Source of the DNA: Chloroflexota bacterium
GTDB taxonomy: Bacteria; Chloroflexota; UBA11872; VXOZ01
DNA length: 64,000 bases
Assembly (NCBI GenBank): GCA_963662335.2
Contig: CAXXVD010000003.1
Coordinates: 192,001-256,000 of the forward strand
Reading direction: 5' to 3'
Each line of letters opens with the position of its first letter. Within the stretch, counting starts at the first letter, position 1. Below are positions 28,120 through 37,658 of the stretch, piece by piece. The notes under the pieces were generated by a model that was not told where the DNA came from, did not search any database, and saw only the letters and a list, made by a program, of their open reading frames with translations. Position numbers and translations under genes: made by a program.

Positions 28120-29006
28120 AAGTAGCCTTCATCGGCCTCGGCACCATGGGCATGCACATGGCCGTCAACCTGCGGGCGGCGGGCCACGACGTGTACGCCT
28201 TCAACCGCACGCGCAGCAAGGCGGAGGCGTTTGTCGCGTCCGGCGGCACGCTGGTGGAAACCCCGCGGGAAGCGGCGGAACGGGCGGATTTCGTGCTCTC
28301 CTGCGTTTCCATGCCGGAAGACGTGGAGGAAGTATTCCTGGGCGCGGCGGGAGCGATACACGGCTCCCGGCCGGGACAGGTCTTCGTTGACCACAGCACG
28401 ATCGATCCGGCCACCGCCCAGCGTGTCGGCGCGGTGTTGGCGGAGAAGCAGGTGCAGTTCATCGACGCGCCCATCAGCGGCGGGCCGATGGGGGCCGAGG
28501 CCGGCACGTTGGCAATCATGGCCGGCGGCGAGGCGGACGCCTTCGCCGCGGCCGAGCCGCTCTTCCAGGCCATGGGCGAGAATATCTTCCACGTGGGGCC
28601 GCTGGGCGCCGGTTCGGTGGTCAAGCTCCAGAACCAACTGCTCGTGGGCATCAATCTGGCGGGCATTGTGGAAGCGATGGTGCTGGGCGCCAAGAACGGC
28701 GTGGATCCGGCAACCTCCTACCAGGTGCTGGGCACGGCCATGGGCGACAGCCGGATGCTGCACCGGGCCATGCCGGACTTCATCCTGGAGCGCAATTTCG
28801 ACCCGGCCTTTGCGATCAAACTGCTGGTGAAAGACCTGCGGCTGGCGACGCAACTGGGCCAGCAGGCCGAGGTGCGCATGTTGGTCAGCAACCTGACGCA
28901 GCTTGTCTACGAAGAAGCCATGGCGCAGGGCCTGGCCGACGAAGACCAGACGGCGGTGGTCAAGCCGCTGGAGGAATTGACCAAGGTGGAGGTGGCAAAG
29001 GCGTGA
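28116..29006 (+). CDS. NAD(P)-dependent oxidoreductase, 3-hydroxyisobutyrate dehydrogenase/GarR family
   Basis: FIGLGTMG..MA.NL, DHSTI, DAPISGG..GA..GTL, KL.NQ; ATGA overlap with pgsA. Confidence 0.9.
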   Translation: MKVAFIGLGTMGMHMAVNLRAAGHDVYAFNRTRSKAEAFVASGGTLVETPREAAERADFVLSCVSMPEDVEEVFLGAAGAIHGSRPGQVFVDHSTIDPATAQRVGAVLAEKQVQFIDAPISGGPMGAEAGTLAIMAGGEADAFAAAEPLFQAMGENIFHVGPLGAGSVVKLQNQLLVGINLAGIVEAMVLGAKNGVDPATSYQVLGTAMGDSRMLHRAMPDFILERNFDPAFAIKLLVKDLRLATQLGQQAEVRMLVSNLTQLVYEEAMAQGLADEDQTAVVKPLEELTKVEVAKA

Positions 29007-30157
29007 GCGCGCCAAACGACGGCGCGAGCGCGTCCAGCGCAGACGCGGGCGCGCCTGCCGCAAGCGCGAGCGGGCCTGGGAACGGCGCGGACGGCCCGCG
29101 CGCCGCGTCCGCTCCCGCGCGCCGCATCCCCGCCGCGCGCCTTGAAGCATTCGCGCGGGACGTGCTGGTGCACGCGGGCATTCCGCCGGAGCACGCGGCG
29201 CTTTCGGCGCGCCACCTGGCGCTCTGCGACCTGCGCGGGGTGGAGAGCCACGGCATCACGCGCCTTTCCGCGCTCGTGCAGCGCATCCGCAACGGCGTGG
29301 TCAACGCCAAACCGGACATTCGCGTCGAGCGGCGGCGCGGCGCTTCCGCCCTGGTGAACGGGGACAACGGCCTCGGCGTGCCGGTCAGCAGCCGCGCCAC
29401 GCGGCTGGCGATCGACCTGGCGCGGGAGCAGGGCGTCGGCGCGGTGGGCGTGCGCAAGAGCAACCACTTCGGCATGGCTGCCGACTACGCGCTGCGGATG
29501 GCGGAAGCCGGCTGCCTCGGCATCGTGACCACGAACTCCAATCCGGCCATGGTGCCCTGGGGCGCGGCCAAGAAATTCCTGGGCACCAACCCCATCTGCT
29601 TTGGCGCGCCCACCCGCGGCGAACCGCTCATTCTGGACATGGCGACGAGCGTGGTGGCGATGGGGCACGTGGTGCTGGCGGAGAAGCGCGGCCAGCCGAT
29701 ACCGGATACGTGGGCGCTGGGCCCGGACGGACGGCCCACCACCGATCCGACGCTGGCCCGGCAGGGCGGCGCGCGGCCGCTGGCGGACTACAAAGGCTCC
29801 GGCCTGGCTTTCATGATCGAGGTCTTCACCTCGCTGCTCACCGGCGCCATGTTGGGCGTGCACTCGGCGGGCTTCTACAGCGACATGACCCGCGCCCCGG
29901 ACGTGGCGCACCTCTTCATCGCCATCGACGTCGCCGCGTTTATGGACGCGGAGCGCTTCACGGAGCGCCTACAAGGCCTGATTACGGAGATGCGGGAACT
30001 GCCGCTGGCCCCGGGCTTCGACCGGATTACGCTGCCCGGCGAGATCGAGGCGGAACGCATGGCGGAGCGCCGGGCAAACGGCGTGCCGGTGGACGCGGCG
30101 GTGCTGGCCGATTTGCAGCGCCTTGCCGCGCAAACCGGCGTGCCTCTGGCATGGTAG
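29003..30157 (+). CDS. Ldh_2 family oxidoreductase (malate/L-lactate/ureidoglycolate dehydrogenase type 2)
   Basis: DLRGVESHG, SNHFG, GTNPI, LDMATS, YKGSGL, LPGE. Confidence 0.9.
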   Translation: MSAPNDGASASSADAGAPAASASGPGNGADGPRAASAPARRIPAARLEAFARDVLVHAGIPPEHAALSARHLALCDLRGVESHGITRLSALVQRIRNGVVNAKPDIRVERRRGASALVNGDNGLGVPVSSRATRLAIDLAREQGVGAVGVRKSNHFGMAADYALRMAEAGCLGIVTTNSNPAMVPWGAAKKFLGTNPICFGAPTRGEPLILDMATSVVAMGHVVLAEKRGQPIPDTWALGPDGRPTTDPTLARQGGARPLADYKGSGLAFMIEVFTSLLTGAMLGVHSAGFYSDMTRAPDVAHLFIAIDVAAFMDAERFTERLQGLITEMRELPLAPGFDRITLPGEIEAERMAERRANGVPVDAAVLADLQRLAAQTGVPLAW

Positions 30158-30488
30158 CGCGGGGGCTTGTCCCCCGCCGCCAGCGGCCGCAGGCGCAGGT
30201 TGCAAACCTGCGCTACCAGACGGACGGAACGTAGCGCGGGGGCTTGTCCCCCGCCTGGGACTGACAGAGGCACACATATGTCATTCCGAGCGCAGCGAGG
30301 AATCTAAGGATGTTGACTTTACAGTGCAGTGCCTTAGATTCCTCACTCCGCTGCGCTCCGTTCGGAATGACACGTGAGGTCGACTAATGACACGTGAAGT
30401 CGATTAGAGAATACATATCTCTAGCCCGTCTGGGAATAGCCTGCGCGGGTACGGTGACGAGGGATTCCCGCGCAAGCGGGAATGACGA
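30154..30488. repeat. composite REP cluster (A, D, A, B pair, 2x20-bp duplication, B half)
   Basis: Family A at 30154 and 30231; family D GCGCAGGTTGCAAACCTGCGCTAC ~30193; family B pair ~30280-30371; AATGACACGTGA(G/A)GTCGA(C/T)T x2 at 30366-30405. Confidence 0.8.
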
Positions 30489-30524
30489 CCTAACAACAGA
30501 GGACAATCTCCCGGTAAACGTGTA

Positions 30525-32345
30525 ATGGCACTCCCCGCATTCGAACGCCAGGTTCTCGTCGAACGCGCCTACCGCATCCTTGAAGACGGCGCGGGCGCGT
30601 TGAGCCTTGCCGATTTGGCGCGCGCGGCGCTGCAGATGAACGGCGCGTTGCCCGCCCCACTGCTGCAACTCCTGGAAGCCAAACTGGTTGCCGACGGCCG
30701 CTTTGCCCAGAATGCCGCCGGCGGCTGGGGCTTGGCGCGGTGGGGCGCGGCAAACCCGGCGGACGCGCTGAGTTCCCAGGTGTTCGTGGTGCTGGACGTG
30801 GAGACGACCGGCGGCATTGCGGGACGCCACCGCATCATCGAGCTTGGCGCGGTGCGCGTCTGCAACGGCGAGGAAATCGCGCGCTTGCACTCGTTCGTGA
30901 ATCCCGGGCAGCGGGTGAGCAAGCGCATCTGGCAACTCACCGGCATTAGCGACGACATGCTCTGCGACGCGCCGCCGGCCGGCCCGGTGCTGGACGAACT
31001 CTACGCTTTCATCGACCACGTGCCGGTGGTGGGCCACAACGTCGCCGCGGACCTCAACTTTCTGCGCAACGAGGCGCTCTGGACGCAGCGCCGCCCGTTC
31101 AGCAATCTCACCATCGACACGGTCACGTTGAGCGCGCGGCTCTTTCCGGAACTCAAGCGGCCCAGCCTGGAGCGCCTGGCCCGGCGCCTGGGCCTGAACG
31201 ACGCGCCCAAACACCGCGCGCTCAGCGACGCGCGCGTGACCGCCCAATGCTTCACGCGTCTACTGGCCGCGGCGCCCGCGGCGCACTGCGCCAGCCTGGA
31301 GTCGTTCCTGGCGTGGCTGGAGAGCGGCCAGCGGCAGCGCCTGCCCGCCCACCGCGCCGGGTTGCAGGCGCAGATCCGGCTTATTCCCGCCCTGCCGGGC
31401 ATCTACATCTTCCGGGATAGCGAGGGAGCGGCTCTCTATGTGGGCAAATCCAAGTCCCTCCAGCGGCGGGTGCGCAGCCACCTGGCAGACCCCGACCGCT
31501 TGTTCGACGGCATGATCGAGCGGCTGGAACGCATCGACGTGGAAGTTACCGGCTCCGAGTTCGAGGCGCTCCTGCGCGAGGCGCAGGTCATCCAGGAGTT
31601 GCAGCCGCTCTACAACGTGCAGCAGCAATACCGCCCCATGCAGCCCTACGTGCGGGTCTGGCGCAGCGAGAAAGCCGGCATCCAGGTGCGCACGAGCAGC
31701 CGCCTGCGGCCGGACGACTCAACGTATTTCGGACCGTACCGGAATCGCGCGGCGGCGCGGTGGAACGCCCGCGTGGCCCGGCGCCTGCTGGCGGCGACGG
31801 CCGGCCTGCCGCCGCAGGACCAGGCAAATCTGGTGTTTCAGTTCCTCTCGGAGGGCGCCGACGCGGTGCTGGATCACTGGCAGGGCCGGGAATCGGCGGC
31901 TGCGGAGGCCGCGCTGCGGATTCTGCGCCGCCTCCGCGCGCAGCACCGTCCGCTCTCCGGCGGCTTCGCCGGCCACGACATCGTGCTCATCTATCCGGCC
32001 GATCCGCCGGGCAAGGTGCATTGCTTCTTCGTTCGCAACGGCCAGATGCTGGGACGGGAAACACTGGGGCCGGCCGCGGAGCCGGTCATCGCGGAAACCG
32101 TCCGCGCACACTTTGGGCATTACCTCGCTCTGCCGGATAGCGCGGCCTCGGCGGATACGATTCGCCACTTCGTCCTGCAGTGGGTGTACCAGCACCGCGA
32201 CGACCCGGCCGTCATTCCCATCGACCCCGCCTGCGTGCAGGACGCGTTGGCCGCGGCGCACAAACGGCTGAAGCGCCTGGGCGTGGTGGAGCCGGCGAAC
32301 GCGGCGCCGCACGCCAGGCAAGAGTCGCTGCCCGAACCCAATTGA
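30525..32345 (+). CDS. DEDD 3'-5' exonuclease (DnaQ-like) fused to GIY-YIG/UvrC-like (Cho) nuclease
   Basis: VVLDVETTG, IIELGAV, VGHN..AD..FL, HRALSDA; PALPGIYIF...LYVGKSKSL..RVRS, EALLREA..I..LQPLYN. Confidence 0.85.
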   Translation: MALPAFERQVLVERAYRILEDGAGALSLADLARAALQMNGALPAPLLQLLEAKLVADGRFAQNAAGGWGLARWGAANPADALSSQVFVVLDVETTGGIAGRHRIIELGAVRVCNGEEIARLHSFVNPGQRVSKRIWQLTGISDDMLCDAPPAGPVLDELYAFIDHVPVVGHNVAADLNFLRNEALWTQRRPFSNLTIDTVTLSARLFPELKRPSLERLARRLGLNDAPKHRALSDARVTAQCFTRLLAAAPAAHCASLESFLAWLESGQRQRLPAHRAGLQAQIRLIPALPGIYIFRDSEGAALYVGKSKSLQRRVRSHLADPDRLFDGMIERLERIDVEVTGSEFEALLREAQVIQELQPLYNVQQQYRPMQPYVRVWRSEKAGIQVRTSSRLRPDDSTYFGPYRNRAAARWNARVARRLLAATAGLPPQDQANLVFQFLSEGADAVLDHWQGRESAAAEAALRILRRLRAQHRPLSGGFAGHDIVLIYPADPPGKVHCFFVRNGQMLGRETLGPAAEPVIAETVRAHFGHYLALPDSAASADTIRHFVLQWVYQHRDDPAVIPIDPACVQDALAAAHKRLKRLGVVEPANAAPHARQESLPEPN

Positions 32346-32359
32346 GGACGAAGAGTGTC

Positions 32360-32602
32360 GTAACGCGGGGGCTTGTCCCCCGCTTGCGCGCTGACAGGGG
32401 TAGGCAAATGTCATTCCGAGCGCAGCGAGGAATCTAGATATGCCGATTTTGCAGTGTGGTGCTTTAGATTCCTCACTCCGCTCCGTTCGGAATGACAAGT
32501 GTGGTGCTTTAGATTCCTCACTCCGCCCCGCTCCGTTCGGAATGACAGGTGAAGTCAATTGCAGAATACCTACCCCTGTCAATCCGCTCTCGTGGGTATG
32601 AC
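32360..32602. repeat. composite REP cluster (A, B, duplicated B arm, B half)
   Basis: Same order as 30231-30488; arm GTGTGGTGCTTTAGATTCCTCACTCCGC..CCGTTCGGAATGACA present twice. Confidence 0.75.
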
Positions 32603-32657
32603 GGATGTGCGGCTCCCGTTCTTCAATCCCAAGACAACCCACACCACGTTCAGGCGA

Positions 32658-33086
32658 CTAGCGCCCGCCCTTCCGCGCCCGGGCGGCGGCTTGCAGCGCG
32701 GCGCGCTCCGCCGGCGAGACGGTGACGATGAAGAGAATGCCGGTGATGAGCGCCGGCAAGGCGGCCGCACACCAGACGAGCACGTCCGCCACGCTTTGCA
32801 AGCGCACCACCAACAGCGATGAGAGCAAGAACCCAGCAATCAGCCAGTACACGCCGCCGGCCACGGGATGGCGCAGCGCCGCGGCGCCGCCGGCAATCCC
32901 AATCCCCACCGGAATGAGGTGGACGGCCAGGCTATCCTGCGGCAAGTCGACGATGCCGACCCACGGGCCCACCCCCACGCCGCCCCAGACAAACGTCCAG
33001 AGCAACAGCAACGCCCAGGCCAGGCGGCGGCGCCACCGCGCCTGCGGGGCCGGCGCAGTTTCCGAATTCGCTTCCTCTTTCGGCAT
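32658..33086 (-). CDS. hypothetical membrane protein (~4 TM)
   Basis: Four hydrophobic segments; AAAGG upstream of ATG. Confidence 0.6.
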   Translation of the reverse strand: MPKEEANSETAPAPQARWRRRLAWALLLLWTFVWGGVGVGPWVGIVDLPQDSLAVHLIPVGIGIAGGAAALRHPVAGGVYWLIAGFLLSSLLVVRLQSVADVLVWCAAALPALITGILFIVTVSPAERAALQAAARARKGGR

Positions 33087-33401
33087 TCCCGATGGCGCCT
33101 TTCACATAGTGCGCGGCTGCTTGTGGGTGACCCGGCGTGAAGCAGGCGAGCCGCCCGGCACAGGCGCGCGGCCGTCTTCTTCCGCGCACCCGGGGTCGAC
33201 AGGACGTATTGTACCAGCGGCAGCGGCAGCGAGCGCGGCTCCGTCTTTTGCTACAATGGACTAGAGCGAGCCGCGCCCAAGAGACGGCCCAAACGGACTC
33301 GCTCCTCATTGCGTGAGCGGCGCGCGGCTGATTCCCGCCGGACCGCCCGCGCCTGAAAGAAAGACCCGTTCCAAGTCAGCGTTGACACGAGCGCCCTCTC
33401 C

Positions 33402-35192
33402 GTGAACCAGCAGCACATCCGCAACTTCTGCATCATTGCGCACATCGACCACGGCAAGTCCACCCTGGCCGACCGGCTCCTGGAGTTGACCGGCGCGTTG
33501 GACGCGCGCACGGCGGTGGAGCAGGCGCTCGACTCCATGGAGCTTGAGCGCGAGCGCGGCATTACGATCAAGGCCAAGGCCGTGCGCATGCTCTATGCGC
33601 CAGCCGGCGGCCAAACCTACGAACTCAACCTGCTCGACACGCCGGGCCACGTGGACTTTGCCTACGAGGTCTCGCGGGCGCTTTCCGCCTGCGAGGGCGC
33701 GCTGCTGGTGGTGGACGCCTCCCAGGGCATTGAGGCGCAGACGCTCACCAACCTCTACCAGGCGCTCAACCACGACCTTACCGTGATTCCGGTGATCAAC
33801 AAGATCGACCTGCCCAGCGCGCAGCCCGACGTGGTGGCGGCGGAGTTGGAGAACCTGGGCTTCGAGCCGGAGGAGATGATCTTTGCCTCCGCCAAGACCG
33901 GCCTGGGCGCGGACGAGGTGTTGGCGGCCATCGTCGAGCGCATCGCGCCGCCGTCCGGCATCGAGGAAACGGCTACGCGGGCGCTGATCTTCGACTCCCA
34001 TTACGATCAACACAAGGGCGTCGTGGCCTACGTGCGCGTGGTGGAGGGCGCGTTGGCGGCGGGCGCGGAGATCCTGCTCATGCAGTCCGGCGCGCGCTCC
34101 GAGGCCATGGAGATCGGCACCTTTCGCCCCCACCTGGTCAAGGAGACGCGCCTGGCTACCGGCGAAGTCGGCTACGTGGCCAGCGGCCTCAAGACGCTGC
34201 GCGAGTGCCAGGTGGGCGATACCATCACGGTCGCGTCCGCCGCGGCAACCGCGCCCCTGCCCGGCTACCAGCCGGCCAAGCCGATGGTCTTTGCCGGGTT
34301 CTATCCGGTGGAGAGCGAGGACTACGCGCCCCTGCGCGACGCGCTGGACAAGCTCAAGCTCAACGACGCGGCCCTGACCTACGTGCCCGAAACCAGCCCG
34401 GCGTTGGGTTTCGGCTTCCGCTGCGGCTGCCTGGGGCTGCTGCATCTGGACGTGGTGCAGCAGCGGCTGGAACGCGAGTACGGCCTGGAAATCCTCACCA
34501 CCCTGCCCAATACCGAGTACCGCGCGGTCACCACCGGCGGCGCGAGCGTGGAGGTGGATACCCCGGCGCAACTGCCGCACCCGTCGGAACTCGACCGCAT
34601 CGAGGAGCCGTGGGTGGAACTCAGCCTCATCACGCCCAGCGGCTACATCGGCGCGATCATGGAACTGTGCGAGAACCGGCGCGGCGCGTTCAAGGAGCTT
34701 GAGTACCTGGACGAACGGCGCGCGATCCTGCGCTATGAGGTGCCCTTTGCCGAAATCCTCACCGACTTCTACGACCAACTGAAGACCCGCACCCAGGGCT
34801 ACGCCAGCATGGACTACACCGTGACCGGCCTGCGGCCCGGCGACCTGGTGAAGCTGGAAATCTTAGTTAACGGCCAGCCGGTGGACGCGCTCTCCAGCAT
34901 CATCCCCCGCGAACGCTCCCAGCAGGTGGGCCGGGCGCTGGTGATGGAACTGCGCAAGCAGATACCGCGCCAGTTGTTCGAGGTGCCCCTGCAAGCCGCC
35001 ATCGGCGGCCGCATCATCAGCCGCGAGACCATTCCCGCCCTGCGCAAGAACGTCCTCGCCAAGTGCTACGGCGGCGACGTGACCCGCAAACGCAAACTGC
35101 TGGAAAAGCAAAAAGAGGGCAAGAAGCGCATGAAACGGGTCGGCCAGGTGGAGATACCGCAAGAGGCGTTCCTGGCGCTGCTGAAGGTGTAG
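33402..35192 (+). CDS. lepA: translation elongation factor 4
   Basis: IRNFCIIAHIDHGKSTLADR, ERGITIK, DTPGHVDF, KCYGGDVTRKRKLLEKQKEGKKRMK. Confidence 0.97.
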   Translation: MNQQHIRNFCIIAHIDHGKSTLADRLLELTGALDARTAVEQALDSMELERERGITIKAKAVRMLYAPAGGQTYELNLLDTPGHVDFAYEVSRALSACEGALLVVDASQGIEAQTLTNLYQALNHDLTVIPVINKIDLPSAQPDVVAAELENLGFEPEEMIFASAKTGLGADEVLAAIVERIAPPSGIEETATRALIFDSHYDQHKGVVAYVRVVEGALAAGAEILLMQSGARSEAMEIGTFRPHLVKETRLATGEVGYVASGLKTLRECQVGDTITVASAAATAPLPGYQPAKPMVFAGFYPVESEDYAPLRDALDKLKLNDAALTYVPETSPALGFGFRCGCLGLLHLDVVQQRLEREYGLEILTTLPNTEYRAVTTGGASVEVDTPAQLPHPSELDRIEEPWVELSLITPSGYIGAIMELCENRRGAFKELEYLDERRAILRYEVPFAEILTDFYDQLKTRTQGYASMDYTVTGLRPGDLVKLEILVNGQPVDALSSIIPRERSQQVGRALVMELRKQIPRQLFEVPLQAAIGGRIISRETIPALRKNVLAKCYGGDVTRKRKLLEKQKEGKKRMKRVGQVEIPQEAFLALLKV

Positions 35193-35234
35193 CGCCACGG
35201 GCCTGTGCGCGCGTCTTGCGCCCCGGCCTATTCT

Positions 35235-35343
35235 CGTCATTCCGGCGAAAGCCGGAATCCAGCGGCCGTAAGCGCGGGAAGAGGCAGAAACGAATTGCAA
35301 AATAGGACCGTTTCGCTCCGGTAGCGCAGGTTTGTAACCTGCG
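35235..35343. repeat. REP family B and family D copies
   Basis: CGTCATTCCGGCGAAAGCCGGAATCCA at ~35235; GTAGCGCAGGTTTGTAACCTGCG at 35321. Confidence 0.75.
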
Positions 35344-35381
35344 CCGCTGGCGGTTCATGCCAAATCACAAAGGTGAGAAAC

Positions 35382-36068
35382 ATGGCAACGCGCAGAAAGC
35401 AGACAAGAGGCGCCTGCGGCTACTGCGGGCGGGAGTATACGAAGGGCTACATGCTCAAGCATCTGCCTGCCTGCGAGCGGCGGGCCGCAGCCATTGCGGA
35501 GTCCGGCCGGAAGCCGGGCAGAGCGGGCGAAGTCGCTCAGGTGCGGGTGCTCGATCGAAGCGGCGACTTCTGGCTAGACCTGGAAATGCGCGGCTCCGCC
35601 ACCTTGCGGGACCTGGACCGGTATCTGCGCGCCATTTGGTTGGAATGCTGCGGCCACTTGAGCATGTTCTGCAACGGCGGCTGGGCCGAGGAGGATGAAT
35701 ACCCCATGAAGACGCGCATCGACCGCATCCTTCAGCCCGGCGCCGAGATCGTCCACTACTACGACTTCGGCACTACCTCGGAGACGTTCGTGACGGGGGT
35801 AGCCGTCCGCAAGGGCAAGCCGACCACGTCTCATCCCATCGCGCTGTTGGCTCGCAACGATCTGCCTACCGTCACGTGCATGGCGTGTGAGCAACTCGCC
35901 ACGCACTTCTGCATCGAGTGCGTCTATGAGCATGACGCCAGCGGCGTGCTGTGCCGGCAGCACGCGGAGACGCACCCGCACGACGAGTACGGCGAACCCA
36001 TGTTGATCGTCAACTCGCCCAGAATGGGCCTCTGCGGCTACGACGGCCCCGCCGAACCGCCCTATTGA
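35382..36068 (+). CDS. Cys/His-rich Zn-binding protein (pRiA4b ORF-3-like domain)
   Basis: G.CGYCG...HL..C; LRDLDRYLRAIWLECCGHLS.F; YDFGTTS; C..C...C..C...C..H; NSPRMGLCGY. Confidence 0.7.
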   Translation: MATRRKQTRGACGYCGREYTKGYMLKHLPACERRAAAIAESGRKPGRAGEVAQVRVLDRSGDFWLDLEMRGSATLRDLDRYLRAIWLECCGHLSMFCNGGWAEEDEYPMKTRIDRILQPGAEIVHYYDFGTTSETFVTGVAVRKGKPTTSHPIALLARNDLPTVTCMACEQLATHFCIECVYEHDASGVLCRQHAETHPHDEYGEPMLIVNSPRMGLCGYDGPAEPPY

Positions 36069-36103
36069 CCGCCGCTGGGGCTCGGCTTGAAGGCGAGCCA
36101 CCC

Positions 36104-37598
36104 TTAGCACTGAATGCGCGGCAGACGGGCGGGCAGCTTCGGTAGTCTAATCTCAATCCCCTTGACACTTGCGTCGTCTACTATCACGCGAGCGGCCGCG
36201 TTTCTGTTGGTGGTGATACTCGTGCTGCCGTCGTAATAGCCGACGCAGCCACCCCCCCGCATATAGGTCCAGCCTGAATGACCCTGTTGGCGCCCAGATG
36301 TGGAAGACGCCGTCCGGTCCCGTCTTGCCAAAACCGCTGTTGCTCACCTCTCCTTGCCACGCCCACAACCCAATGTCGCTGAGCGGTTTTCTATCAGGGC
36401 CAACCACTCTCCCCTGAATGAAGAGATCAATGTCTCCGGTTTCGTGGCAAGAGGACGCAATCTCTACCTCTCCGAATACTTCCCGGATTAGATTGGCCAA
36501 CGTAGGGTCGTATAGCTGCAATTCGGCCCGGGTGTCTATTGCGTTGTGAATCGGCCCCGGTGGATCGTTCAGTCCGAACCAGGACTGTACCCCTTCCGCC
36601 CAATACTCATCAGGATTCGTGCCGGCGTAAGTCTTAGCCCACAGTCCGGCTCTCAATGCGTCCCGGTAGGCCGTTTCAAGCCGCCTGCGAAAGCCTCTTC
36701 CATTCGGTTGCCGCTCAATACCCAAGTTCAGGATGGCGTGGGCAAATTCATGGACGAAAATGTCCTCATTCGGAAACACGTCCGTGTCGTAACAGAGTAG
36801 GTTCTGCTCGGCAATCACCATCACCGGTCGGTGGTCGGTTGGTCCAACACCGCCGCCTCGCGTCCTATCGTCCCAACTCAATCCAGGAGAAAACTCGGTA
36901 AGGTCGCTGAACTCCGGCAGATCGGTTAGCACCGAAGATTCCGACATCACTGCTAACCGAACTCCCTGGCCGGCGATCGTAGCACGGAGGTCCGCCCGAT
37001 TGGCCAGCATTTCATCGATGATTTCTCGCATTCTGAACAGGGCCGCGTTGGACACGTCCGCGGAGGCGACAATAGGCAGCCCATCGGCATTCAGGTACTT
37101 CCTATAGAAGGGATCCAGACCCAGGGATGCCGGTGGTGGCGGCAAGGGCGTCGGTGCAGCCGTCGGTACCGGCGCTGGTGGGGGTGTAGGCGCCGGCGCG
37201 GGTGTAGCCTCAGGTTCCGGCGTAGCGATTGGCGCCGGCGTGGGGGTCGCAACCGTCCCGCCGGGCGCATAGTCGGCCTCCCATTCGAACCGCTCGGTGT
37301 TCAGCCGCATCACCAGGCCGTTGGGGCCGTTGAGCCACGTGCGGTAGCCGTCGGTAAACGCCGTCCAGTTGTCGGCCTTGCGCCAGGCCATCAGGCCGCC
37401 GGTGGTGCGTTGGTTGCTGTCGCCAATCGCGTTGTAGTGCTCGTTCTCCAAGCAGTCGCCGACGACGTCGTGGCCGATGAGGTCGCGGAGGGTCTTGAAG
37501 CCAAGCCGAAACTCGCAATCGGCTGACGCCGATGCGATGCCGGGCGCGATTAGCGCCAGGAAGAGGCCAAGCAGAAGCGCGCTGAGACGCTTCTTCAT
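36104..37598 (-). CDS. Secreted protein: conserved N-terminal module + Pro/Thr linker + HEXXH zinc metallopeptidase-like domain + beta-sandwich; C-terminus frameshifted at a G7 tract
   Basis: Signal peptide; IFVHEFAHAI...EYWAEGVQSWF; IQGRVVGPD. As written the ORF stops at 36153; removing one G at 36252-36258 gives ...AGGGCVGYYDG...IEIRLP to stop at 36104. Confidence 0.75.
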
Positions 37599-37658
37599 GG
37601 CAGCCCCTTGAATCGCACGATTGCGTGTGTCTTGCTAAAGCTCAAGGCTAGCGCGCTT

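Noticed and set aside
33240-33400. Structured RNA leader upstream of lepA
   Set aside because: A short GAGCGAG/CTCGCTC stem in GC-rich DNA; no known riboswitch consensus recognised.
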